Shown piece by piece: positions 1-11,462 of a DNA stretch of 64,000 nt. The stretch is from Octopus sinensis. Its lineage: Eukaryota. The position numbers and the translations under genes were made by a program. Position 1 is the first letter of the stretch, and every line of letters starts with the position of its first letter. The stretch is from positions 7,812,001 through 7,876,000 of the forward strand of contig NC_043003.1 in NCBI RefSeq assembly GCF_006345805.1. Reading direction: 5' to 3'. A model generated the notes under the pieces. The model had not been told where the DNA came from. It was given only the letters and a program-made list of their open reading frames with translations, and made no database searches.

Positions 1-208
1 TGATTGATTTTATTTTATTTATTTATTTATTTTGTTAATGTTGATAATATTGATCGCGTTGTTGTTGCTGCTTTCATTTTTTTTTCGCGTTCTTTAGATG
101 TGAATGAAAACAGAAATAGATCATATAAGTTCACAGCAATATCTATTTATCTTAAGTCCGCTCTCTCTCCCGCTCTTTCACTCTCACTCTATCACACACA
201 CACACACC

Positions 209-242
<34 letters not shown>

Positions 243-246
243 ATAT

Positions 247-249
<3 letters not shown>

Positions 250-301
<52 letters not shown>

Positions 302-378
302 TACAGACAGACAGATAGATAGATAGATAGACGAACAGACAGATGGACACACTCACACACACACACACACACACACAT

Positions 379-413
<35 letters not shown>

Positions 414-418
414 TATAT
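250..418. repeat. Compound microsatellite (GATA)n/(GACA)n/(CA)n flanking the Tx1 3' end
   Basis: Direct reading: long agat/agac runs with a CA run, ending immediately before the Tx1 terminal AATAAAGAAA (minus strand). Confidence 0.95.
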
Positions 419-808
419 GTTTCTTTATTAGCCACACAGGGCTGCACACAGATAGAACAAATTACAAGGTAGAGCTTTTCTTTTGAAGGTTAAAAAAAAA
501 AAAAAAAAAAAAAAGGAAGGGGGAGTTTCGATCAAAAGGGATCGTAAAAGGAGAGAAAGAGGACAAAAAAAGGGGGGTTAAAAAAAAAAAAAAAAAAAAG
601 GGGGAGAGGAAAAAAAATGATCAATAGGGATCGTTATCACAGAAATGTCAATATGAAGTGTAAAGGGGAGGACAGGTGAGGTTACCCGTGGAAAGAAAAG
701 CCTACGGAAAAGACACGGTAACCTCGGTCAATGAAGTCACATTTTATATTTCTTTTTTTTTTTTTTTTTTTTTGCAAATAAGCAACTCTCTGTTTTCGAT
801 TTCTGGGT

Positions 809-3800
809 TCATAGGACTATGCTCAAGGTGGCTTCGTCATTCATACGTGCCATTCTTGCTACATTCACCACTTTTTTTAAAACATTCGCTAGACAAACTT
901 CCTTTCTCAACTTTCCCGGTACTTGAAGAAGTTGATGAGAGATTGACCAGAGAGGAAAGTGTTTGTCTCCAATCCTTTCAGACGCGTCCACCAGATACAT
1001 TCTTTCGCCATAGCCACAAGGATGATGAAAATAGCTCTTCCTTCCCGTTTGAAGGAAGGAGGCGTGACAATATTGACGATAGACTCAGCTGATAAACCGA
1101 CTCGTCCCACACGTGACAGCAGTTGTTCGACATAAGCCCACAGGTCGGAAATTGTTGGACACTGAACGAGTGCGTGCAGAACGGTTTCGTCGCTCTGACC
1201 GCATCTCGGGCAGGTCGGCCCCGTTTCTCGAGCCATGTCTGTAGAGCTTATCCGAACGGGTAGCGCTTCTCGGTAGCACTGCCAGGCCAGGGATCTCTGG
1301 AAGTTGTCCATGGGCCCTGGCCCGAAAGTCGTCCCGAACAGGCGGGTCAGGTACTCCTCGTCGACGTCCAGGTTCGCCCCGAGCTCGTCGTCGTACCTCC
1401 CCTCCACTAAACCCCTATAGAATGCTTTGGTTGTGTTGAAGTCACTTAAGGTCGACCCAGGACGGCAGAGTTGCTTGAGAGCAACGCGACACTCGCGGTG
1501 CCATTCGCCCTTCCTCGGCCTCTTTTGATCCACGACTGCAATTCGGTCATGGAGACGAGCTGCGGGAAAGCGTGCCTCACAAACGGCGACCACACCTGTT
1601 CACCGTCGTCTACATAGAGCCAGAGATGTCGCAGTCTCAGCGCGTGTCTGCGCATCATCAACCACGGCATGCCCAGCCCTCCTTTTAACGGGTGTTGACA
1701 GCAAATGGATCGCCTGACCATCGGGACGCATCCTTTCCACAAGAAGCGAAAGAGGATGCGTTGTAGTTTGGTGATGGTAGGGTCGGGACAAGGTACGACG
1801 GTCAGGCGGTAGTAGATGACGGACGCGATGTACGTGTTCGCCACCTCCGCTCGACCTTTTAGGGACAGTTTCCTCTCGGCCCATTGCCGGGCGAGAGTGA
1901 CCACCCTACTCGTTATCTCGTTCCAGTTCTTCTCCACTTGGAGGTCCGGACCAAACCAGACCCCGAGCAACTCAACCGGGCCGTCGGTCCAGCGTCCCAC
2001 GACGGAGGCGCTGGTGGACGGCATGGGCTTGCTTCTCCAGGTGCCTAGTCGCAAGCCCACTGACTTTTCCCGGTTGATTTTCGCTCCTGTCACCGCTTCG
2101 TAGTTTTTCAGTGTCTCGCCGACCAGCTCGATGTGCTCGTGGCTAGACACTATGACGGTGACGTCGTCCGCGTATGCAGACACGCTCGTCCCGCATCCCA
2201 ATTCTCGCGGGATGCCCCTTAGAGTCGCCAGCTTCCGCAGTAGTGGCTCAAGAGTCAATACGTATAGAAGCGCCGAGAGGGGGCATCCCTGACGGACCGA
2301 GACGACGAATGTCGAAAGGTCTCGATAGATGTCCATTTACGCGAATTACCGAACGGATGCCTCTGTACAAGGCAGCTATCCAGCCGCGGAAGACGGGACC
2401 GAAACCAGCCGCTCTCAGGACTGCCTCCAAGTATCGATGGTCTACCCTATCAAAGGCTTTCGATTGATCCAAGTTGATCAGGGCCCCACCCATGCCAGGT
2501 TCGTTAACTACCCTGTCTATGATGTAGCGCATCAGATGGAGGTTGTCATGGATGGTCCGGCCTGGCACGGCGCATGTTTGCGCCTTGTCGACCAGTTTCT
2601 CGATGACAAGCGCCAACCTCTTGGCTAGCACCTTGGCCAAAATTTTCAAGTCTGCATTAAGCAGAGTGATGGGCCTAAAGTTATCTATTACATTTCCCTT
2701 GTTTAGATCTTTCTTCAGCAGTGTTACGGCTCCTCGGCTCACAAAACCAGGAATGCTCCCGTTTTGCTGCCAGTTGCAGTACACCGCCGCCAAGAGATCT
2801 CCAAACAAGTCTGGCATACAATTGTAAAGCTCGTAGGGTAGACCATCCAAACCCGGTGATTTGTCCCTCGAGCATTCTGCCATCGCTTCCCGCACTTCCG
2901 CCGCCGTGATGGCACCTTCGCAGCACCCTGCCTTTCTTGTCGAGAGTCGTGGTATGGTATGTAGGTAGGCATGAAACCCTACCCTTCTCTCCCCTCCACT
3001 CGTTCCGAACAGTCGGGCAAAATGCTGTGCTGAAAGGCCTCACACATTTTACTTGGCTCGAGCAATTCGCGCCCCTGTTCATCTACCAGTGACCGAATGG
3101 TGGCTTTGTTGCCCTGTTGCGCCTCTGCCACCCGGGCCTCTCTCGCGGCTCCAACACCTTCGTTCCTTAGAGCACGCATCCTAGCTCTGACAGCACATCC
3201 TTCGTGTTTGGCGTTGAAGTGTTGGTCGAGGGCCAACCTCGCCGCCAAAACGTCGGATGCGATGCCGCTTCTAATTGCCTCTTCTAGCTTCTTAACTAGC
3301 TCACCCTCTACTCTATTTCTATCTATGGCTAGTGCTTTGCTGTACCTAATCGCTTCTGCTTTTACTGCTCTCTTGAGGGCAAACCACCATTTGTGTGATG
3401 ATGGCTCCCGTCAAAGCCCTCTTTACTAGTGTGCTAATCCGGTCTCTGAAAACTTGTCTCGATGGGAAAGACGCGTTTAGTTCCAGTATCCGGGACCCTG
3501 CCTAAGTGTCTTATCTAAGTCTAGCGTACATGTCACAAGTTTGTGATCCGTGTAGCTGACTATGTGGAATTGTGGACATCCTATGCTATCTCTATCTACT
3601 GTCCTACACAGTATCCTATCTAGATACGATCTCGACGACCCGATGCGGTTGCTCCATGTCCACGTTGGCGCATTCGGGTGGTCTAGTCGGAACCTGTCAG
3701 ACAGTTGAAAGCGTCTGAGCAGGTCTCTGAGGCATTTGCATCCCCGTCTATTCCTATCTCTACCCACGTAGTCTACATGCGTGTCCAAGGTAGCATTCCA

Positions 3801-4222
3801 ATCCCCCATAAGAGTAAAGGACGAGACGTTCCCAAGAAAACTTCTAGACGTTGAAAGAAATCCGCCCGACCTGTTAAGGGCGGTGCGTAAACTGATACGA
3901 GTCGAAAAGCGCACCCATTGCTGCCGTCGACATCCAGGACGACCAGTCTACCCTCCGGGTCTACGAATATTGTCCTTACATTGAGATCCAGACTCTTGTG
4001 AAAAAGTACCGCGGTGCCACTACCGCCCATTCTCGGCAGACAGGGGGAAAAATAAATGTTGAACTGTCCGCCAAACATGGTCTTTAGGGCCCGCGGATTG
4101 TGGAGTCTGGTCTCGCTTATGGCTATGATTTGTAACTTATGTGACTTTATGTCATTTAAGAGGTACCTTGTTTCCAAGGGGACCCCAAGCCACGCGCATT
4201 TACACACACCAATCTTGATCAT
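809..4222 (-). pseudogene. Tx1 ORF2 (APE endonuclease + reverse transcriptase + Zn finger), frameshifted as assembled
   Basis: Frames join across ORFs 3773-4222, 3477-3914, 2979-3248, 2248-2895, 1446-2336, 907-1593 and 809-1000. Motifs: ISETR, SVYAP, MGDWNA, YLDRI, TDHK (APE); LDQSKAFDRVDH, VRQGCPLSALLY, AYADDV (RT); CPRCGQSDETVLHALVQC. Confidence 0.92.
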
Positions 4223-4253
4223 AGTTCTAATGAATTAGAATACAGAGGGTTAC

Positions 4254-6549
4254 TTACTGCTCGAAAGTTTTTGCTTTCTCCTCCGTTGGTTTGTCCTCGA
4301 GAAGATCCCAGTACAGTTTCTTTGTGAGATATTTTTGGCATTTACCAACCGCACTGGGGAAAATGCCTTTGAGTGTGTTGCAGACTTTTGGAGATGTGTA
4401 ATATTTTGATGTGGTCTGGTGGTGTTGTGTATGGGTGATTGTGTTTTTTATGTCTCTTCTGTTATGTTGTTTTTGATTGATGTATTCCATCAAATTTGTG
4501 TTTTTGGTGTCTATGGCTGTGAGCATGTTTGCTGTATATGTTTTTGTGGTGTTGGTGTGGCTGTTGTTTGCGTTGGGTTTTGAAATGTCTTCGGGAGATG
4601 TATTTCCCCCTGCTTTGTTCGTGTTTGCATTTGGTTTGGTTGTGTTTCTGCTCTTTATTTTCCTTCTTTTTGTAGCTATTTGCCATTCCTCACTGGTTTC
4701 GTCTTCCGACGAAATTTCTGAGGAATCAGAAGGGGGTAGGGGTATGTTGTGGGCTTCTATGTATGTCTGTGTAAGTGGTTGTGTTGTTGTTTTCGTTGTT
4801 GTTGGTTGTTGAGTGTTTGTGTGTGTTGAGTGCGGTATAAGGGATGGGGGATCAGTTTGTGTGTGTTTTCTTTGTTTTTCTGTTCCTTTGGGTTTTGCTG
4901 TCGTTCTTGGTGTTGGAATTGGTTTATTTGTTGTTGGTGTGTGATGATTCTGTCTTGGCGCTGGTGTTGGTGTTGTTTGGTTGGGTTGGCTTGTTCTTTG
5001 TTGTTTTTCCTGCATTTCCGCATACAGCTTCTTGACTAGCTGTCCATATTGTGGTGTGGGCAATAATCCTGGCTTTTGTGATTTTTCCTGTGGCTGTTGT
5101 TGTTGTTGTAATTTTGCGGCAGATTTGCACTCCTTTTTGAGGTGTGCCTCACTGCCACATGTATAGCATCGTGGCCTTCTGCCCTCGACTACTACGTATA
5201 ACTTGCGGCCATCCTCAAGATGTACGTGGGTGGGGATTTTATTTATGTCCTCTTGACTTATGTGGAAGAGGAACTCTATTCTCTTTCCCAGCCAGTCCTT
5301 GTTTTCCGAAACACCGATATCTAGGATGTTTAAGTCCTCCATTTCGGATGTTAATGCGGATGTAATCCACAGTGTTGTAGTCACTTGGGGGACACCACTG
5401 ATAATGACTTTCGTCACCTTCTGGCCGAGGTAACTCGGTGTCAACGTTAGTTCATCAGAATGAAGGGTTATCGTTGGAATTCTTCGCCAACTCTTCATTC
5501 TGAAAAACCACCTGTACGTGTGCGAACTTGTTCGCCCAAGTCACACAATCCTTGTATCCCAGATGGGGCGTAAGCACTTTTCGACTTTGTCTGTGCTTGC
5601 CTTTTCTGGACTTTTTGTTTTTTTATTTGTGTTTTATATACAATTGTCTTTTTTTCTCCTCATTCAGTATGTGCTGAGGTATGTGTAAGAGTATTTTTCC
5701 GTTTTGATTTGTAATAAGGTTTCTGCAATCTTTAATCTGTTGTGTAGTAAACGAAACTTTTGTTACCTTTTCTTTTATCGCCTCGGCGAAGTTTGTTGTT
5801 GTTTTGTTATTGTTGTTACTGCCGGTGGTGTTGGTGTTGATGGCAGGGGTGTGGGTTGTAGGTTTGTGGTTGCTGATTATGCAACTAGCAAAGGGTGGAA
5901 AATTGCCTGCGTAATTTAGTCCTGCATTAGCGCAAATTTCGGCATTTCGTTTGCTTGTCGTCGTTATTTTTTCACTTGTTGGTGATGGAGTGAGCAGTGG
6001 TTGAAGGGAATTGTTGTTGTCGTCGTTGTGTTGTTGTTGTTGTTGTTGTATTGTCGTTCTTGGTGACGGCGGTGGTGTTGGTAGTATTAGTGGCATTGAC
6101 GGCACGGTCTTTGGTGGCGGTGATGGTGATGTTGGTGTTGTTATTGGTGGCGATATCTTTAGTAGGGATAGCAGTTTTAGTAGCAGATTCTGCCATGGTG
6201 TGGTGGTGGTGGTTGACTCACTGATGGTGTTGACGGTGCTTGGCCTTGCGACCTTTGTTTTGTATTTGTTGCTGTTGATGGTGGTGGAGTTGTCAGGTTC
6301 GGCGTATGCTAACAGAGCATCCTGTTTTTCTGTTTCTGCGTCACGCTTCACTTGCAACTCAGCCTCGTGGTGGCCAGTGGCGATGGTGAGTGCGGCGTTA
6401 GATTTGTTGTTGTTGTTGGTGGTGGTGGTGATGGTGGTGACAGCGGTGTTCACGCTGCGATGTTTAGTAGCCAGTGGTAGCAATAGTGTTTTGCTACCGT
6501 TCTGCATGACTGGCGGGCTAGCCACATGGTTTCTAGTTGCCATTTTCAA
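4254..6549 (-). pseudogene. Tx1 ORF1 (gag-like), split into 5623-6549 and 4254-5498 as assembled
   Basis: CYTCGSEAHLKKEC zinc knuckle (~5090-5170). The bridging frame reads ...WANKFAHVQVVFQNEELAK..., suggesting one ORF broken by indels. Extensive T/N/Q/P low-complexity sequence. Confidence 0.75.
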
Positions 6550-6769
6550 AATGAAAAATGGCTAAAAAACCCACGAAAGTTTTGAAAGTTCTTTTTGTAA
6601 TTTCGCCCATACAGGGGCGGAATTCTACGTGAATAATTCTCAGGTTTTTTAGTGAATGAACTTGCACAACGATTAAAACAAAATATTTGACAACAAGGAG
6701 TTTTAAACATGTAAAAGTGGCCAACTTACGTGGAGCCGATATGACTATCGTCCGTCCATTGTGTAGATA

Positions 6770-6790
6770 TAGACAGACAGACAGACAGAC

Positions 6791-6863
<73 letters not shown>

Positions 6864-6864
6864 T

Positions 6865-6904
<40 letters not shown>

Positions 6905-6905
6905 C
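6770..6905. repeat. (GACA)n(GATA)n(GA)n microsatellite flanking the Tx1 5' end
   Basis: Direct reading; same strand polarity as the 250-418 tract. Confidence 0.95.
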
Positions 6906-7270
6906 GGAAGGGATGGAGGAAAGGGATGGTTGAAAATATAAGCGAAGGGAAAGACAGTGAGTAGTGAAAAATATGTAATAATTTTTAATAAATGAAGGAG
7001 GCTGCATAAATACTAAAGTAGATTTATTTTTAAATATATGCAGCGAGGAAAATGGTCGTTTTCATATCCAATGTTTTTTTTTTTTTCGTTTTAGAATTTG
7101 AATCAAATAAAACTATATATGTATACGAAAAACATATTTACGTGCAAAGCATTTTAGCAGAGGGGCGCAATAAAAAAGATGGATAATAACGAATAACGAA
7201 TAAACATTTAAAAAAAGAAGAGACATTCTAATATGTGCATTAACGTGTGTATACAGACCACACACACACA

Positions 7271-7331
<61 letters not shown>

Positions 7332-7511
7332 TTATATAAGAATGCCTTTTTTATTTAATGGCCATTCGTTATCATCCGTCATTTTATTGCTGCCCCTGTG
7401 CACGTAAATATATACAAACATCAGATAGATAGATAGCTCTGCATATATGCATGTATATCTGTATGCATATGTGTATACATACACATAAAAGATACGTGTG
7501 TGTGTGTGTGT

Positions 7512-7549
<38 letters not shown>

Positions 7550-7690
7550 ATAATGGTGTCACTGAGACCCAAAGGTGTCAGGTAATGCTGAATAAGTGCT
7601 ATAGACAGACCATAGTTAAGTTCCAGATTCGGTAATATTGCGAATAAAAGGTTCAACATTGGTTCTATGTCACCGTGTATATTTAAGAAT

Positions 7691-7818
7691 TTTTTTGCGT
7701 AATAAGATTAAAAAAAACCAAGGCTGTATAGATATTAAAGCATTTATAGATAGGTCTTACAACTTAATGCTCTAATATCTATACAGCCTTGGCTTTTTTT
7801 ATCTTATTACGCATAAAA
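7691..7818. repeat. ~52-bp inverted repeat with ~20-bp spacer (fold-back / MITE-like)
   Basis: Left arm ttgcgtaataagattaaaaaaaaccaaggctgtatagatattaaagcatt; the right arm aatgctctaatatctatacagccttggctttttttatcttattacgcataa is its near-perfect reverse complement. Confidence 0.9.
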
Positions 7819-8183
7819 TTCTTTTATATATATATATATATACATTCATACATATATTTATATGTACATGCATTGAGGTGTAGATGCACGCATACATACA
7901 TACATACCTACATACATACATACATACATACATACATAAACGGCAGGTTCCCTAACGTCATTCCTGAAACATTGATCAAACCGCGGCTACATTTGCTGAC
8001 TGTTTCACGCAGGATCCGAACCCGCGATCGCTTGGTTGCGATGCGAACTACTTAAACATGCTGTCATTTCTGTACCTCAATTTCCATTAAATGGACAATG
8101 ATTATTATTGCATTTTTGTGTCTTTATATATAAATGCCTGTGCGTGTCTACTTGTGTGTGTGTATTTAAAAAAATTTTTTTTA

Positions 8184-9667
8184 TCTAGTTTCAGCTCACA
8201 AGCAGTGGCGCTATGCTGGGGCACTGCCATTTGGTATTGCTACATGATTTTACTTCACGTATGCTTTTTAGCAATTGCCATTTGGAGCATGAGAGAGTTC
8301 GATGCAGCTGCCCTCATCTGCACCTCCTGCCGTGAAGTTGCTTCATCTGGGATACCTGACAAGAAGTGATCCAGTTTTATTTTAAAGACATCTGCATCCA
8401 CCCCATGCAGGTCTCTTAGGTTCTTCGGGAGGATATTGAAGAGCTGTGGGCCTCGAAAGCCCAGGCTATCACAGTATCTTGTCCTACATCTTGATGGCAA
8501 ATTTGGAGTCCTTGGCACTATGCAGTGGTGCCCAGTTCTGGCATTTGTGTAACTCTCGATGCCAAAGTTTGGGACACGTCCCTCCAGGATCTTCCAGATG
8601 TATATTATGGCATATCTTTCTCGCCTACGCTCTAAGGAATAGAGTCTCAATCTCTTGAGTCTTTCTCAATAGCTTATATGCTGCATAGAAGCTATCTTCT
8701 TCGTGTAGCTTCGTTGGATCGCCTCAAGTTCTGTGTTTAACTTGACACTGGATAGTGACCATAGCTGAGAGCAATAGTCAAAGTGGCTTAGGACAAGTGT
8801 CCTCCAGAGGACCATCATGGTTTCCTGGTCTCTTGTTCTGAAGGTTCTAAGAATCCATCCGGTCAGCCGCCTACATTTCATTGTCAATTTAGCAACATGC
8901 ACATAAAAGGTTGCATCATCACTCATGTAAATACCCAGGTCTCGCACTGATTGTGCCTCTGGGATTGCAATCCCTCCAGGTCCAGTGTATTTATTGGGTA
9001 TTGCATTTAGTTTTGCATGCTGATAGCATAAAGCTTGAAACTTTTCAGCACTGAACTGCATGCTATTCTTTTCAGCCCACTTGTATATTTTGTCCAGCTC
9101 ACATTGCAGATGCATAGTGTCTTCAGGGTTCTGTATTGCCTGTGAAACTTTTGTATCATCTGCATAACTTGTGATCGTGGGTCTCTGTGTGGCTGAGGGC
9201 ATGTCTGAGAGGGCCATTATGAACAGTAGTGGTCCCAAAACAGTGCCTTGCGGAACACCGCTCACTATTTGCGTGTTAATGGAAGTGGCCCCATTGGCTA
9301 CTACCACCTGACTTCTATCCTTCAGAAAGTCATGAAGCCATTCTCCCAATTTTCCAACTATGCCAAGATCGCGCAGTTTGTGACATATCATTCCATGATC
9401 GACTTTATCAAAGGCCTTTGCAAAGTCGAAATATATGACTTCCACATTTGAGTGGTTGAGCAGTCGTTTCAGCACCCAGTCATAGTGTTGTAGGAGCTGA
9501 GTTAAGCAGCTTCTTCCTGGTCGGAAACCATGTTGGGTGTCAGGCAGCAAGTCATTTTCTTCAAGGAAGGTGATTAGTTTCCTTCTTACTATTCATTCCA
9601 TGACCTTGCTGATGTGTGAGGTCAGAGAGATAGGTCTGTAGTTCTTGGCCTCCGCTCTGCTACCTCC
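8184..9667 (-). mobile_element. 5'-truncated CR1-clade LINE (RT region plus 3' tail)
   Basis: NYRPISLTS, QHGFRPGRSCLTQLL, DFAKAFDKVDH, GVPQGTVLGPLLF, YADDT, VRDLG, YSLERRRER. Stops at ~9590 and 8666. 3' tail ...gtgagctgaaactagataaaaaaa; the 5' end abuts (TA)n. Confidence 0.9.
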
Positions 9668-9702
<35 letters not shown>

Positions 9703-9849
9703 TATATATATATTATATATATATATATATATGTGTATGTATATATATATATATGTATGTATGCATGCATGTATGTATGTGTGTGTGAGTGTACACTGCT
9801 TTTTACATCGCCAACGTGATGTTTTGTTTTGTTCTTTAATAATAATGAT

Positions 9850-10195
9850 TTCAAATTTTGCCACAAGGGCAGCCATTTTGGGAGGGAGGATAAATCGGTT
9901 AAATCCGAAAAGATGAAAGGTAAAATCGACCTCGGCGGAATTTGAACTCAGAACGTAACGGCAGACGAAATACCTATTTTTTACTACCCACAAGGGGCTA
10001 AACACAGAGACGACAAACAAGGACAGACAAACGGATTAAATCGATCACATCGACCCCAGTGCGTAACTGGTACTTAATTTATCGACCCGAAAAGGATGAA
10101 AGGTAAAGTCGACTTCGGCGGAATTTGAATTCAGAACGTAAAGGCAGACGAAACACCGCTAAGCATTTCACCCGGCGTGCTGCCGATTCTTTTAC
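9850..10195 (-). mobile_element. tRNA-derived SINE family M (Meta-like core), dimer
   Basis: Reverse complement of head ...agcacgccggg..., B-box-like GAGTTCAAATTCC, core GCCTTTCATCCTTTCGGGGTCGATAAATTAAGTACCAG; two units. Similarity to the Meta domain is from memory. Confidence 0.85.
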
Positions 10196-10419
10196 TGCTT
10201 TAGGCACAATGTACGAAATTTCTGGAGAGGGGGGGGGGGAAATCGATTTGATCCACTCCAGTACGCAACTAATACTCAGTTTATCGACCACAAAAGGATG
10301 AAAGGCAAAGTCGAATTCGGCGGAGTTTGAGTTTATTTGTATTGGCAATCAATCAACTGAGTTTGTATCGATCAGTCGGAATATTCACCGCCCTGTTAAG
10401 TACATCTTCCTGCATCTTT

Positions 10420-10661
10420 TATTCTACACCTGTTTCAGTCTATAGGCTGCGGCCATGATGGGGCACCGGATTGAAGAATTTTTAGTCGAATGAATTAACC
10501 CCACTACTTATCACTTTTTGTAAAGTTTGGTACTTAATCTCTCGTTCTCTTGCATCGAACCGCTAAGTTATGGGGACGTAAACACACCAACACCGGTTGT
10601 CAGGCGATCGTGGGGCACAAACAAAACCAGGAAGCATCATATTAAAACAAACACACACACA

Positions 10662-10733
<72 letters not shown>

Positions 10734-10905
10734 TATACAGCGACCTTTCGGTTTCCGTCTACCATATCAACTCACGAGGCTTTGGTTAGACTGAGGTTAT
10801 CGTATGCGAAATCTGCCCAAGGCCAAGGTGCCACGCAATGAAACTGAACCCGGAACCATATGGTTGGGAAACAAGCTTCTTACTACACAGCCACGCCTGT
10901 GCCTA
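10420..10905 (-). mobile_element. tRNA-derived SINE family C (CORE-like, internal microsatellite)
   Basis: Diverged reverse-complement copy of the 16175-16562 family: head, GCACCTTGGGCA core, internal (TA)/(CA), tail ...cagcatggccgcag...ctgaaaca. Confidence 0.8.
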
Positions 10906-11085
10906 TGCAATATGATTTTAGTAACTTTCGTCTGTCTTTACGTTCTGAGTTCAAATTCCGCACAGGTTGACTTTGCTTTTCATCTTTTCGAGGTCGATAA
11001 ATTAAGTACTAGTTGCGTACTGGGTCGATCTAATCGAGTGTGCCCTCCCCCAAAATTTCGGGCCTTGTGCCTAAAGTAGAAAAGA

Positions 11086-11462
11086 ATCGTTAGCATGCCG
11101 AGTGAAATGCTTAGCGGTATTTCGTCTGCCGTTACGTTCTGAGTTCAAATTCCGCCGAGGTCGACTTTGCCTTTCATCCTTTCGGGGTTGATTAAATAAG
11201 TACCAGTGACACATTGGGGTCGATTTAATCGACTTAATCCATTGTCTGTCTTTGTTTGTCCTCTCTGTGTTTAGCCCCTTTTGGACAGTAAAGAAATAGG
11301 TATTTCGTCTGCCGCTACATTCTGAGTTCAAATTCTGCCGAGGTCGACTTTGCCTTTCATCCTTTCGGGGTCGATAAATTAAATACCATTTGCATACTGG
11401 GTCAATCTAATCGACTGGACCCTCCCCCAAAATTTCGGGCCTTGTGCTTAGAGTAGAAAAGT
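11086..11462 (+). mobile_element. SINE family M dimer (tail A unit + tail B unit)
   Basis: Junction gtaaagaaata|ggtatttcg at ~11298; terminal tail ccctcccccaaaatttcgggccttgtgcttagagtagaaaag. Confidence 0.85.

Larger units (their letters stand above)
420..6770 (-). mobile_element. Apparently full-length non-LTR retrotransposon, L1/Tx1 clade
   Basis: Minus-strand order: 5' UTR, long ORF1 with CCHC knuckle, ORF2 (APE endonuclease, RT, C-terminal CxxC..H..C), pyrimidine-rich 3' UTR, AATAAA at 429-424. Tx1-type motifs GPGYW(K)LN, KSPGLDGLPYELY and FRPITLLNADLKILAK. The 5' boundary is approximate. Confidence 0.9.

Noticed and set aside
4-449. ORFs such as [20 protein letters not shown], poly-I/L/V/C/Y here and throughout the window
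   Set aside because: Translations of di-, tri- and tetranucleotide microsatellites; no coding signal.
745-772. T run as the Tx1 poly(A) tail
   Set aside because: UTR-like sequence continues to the AATAAA at 429-424, whose context matches SINE tails; the run is internal.
5498-5625. Programmed frameshift or separate ORF0 in Tx1
   Set aside because: Several indels are needed to bridge, and the whole element shows indel noise; the simpler explanation is a broken single ORF1.
5704-6565. Plus-strand hydrophobic ORFs (up to 184 aa) opposite Tx1 ORF1
   Set aside because: Antisense shadows of ACA/AAC-rich codons.
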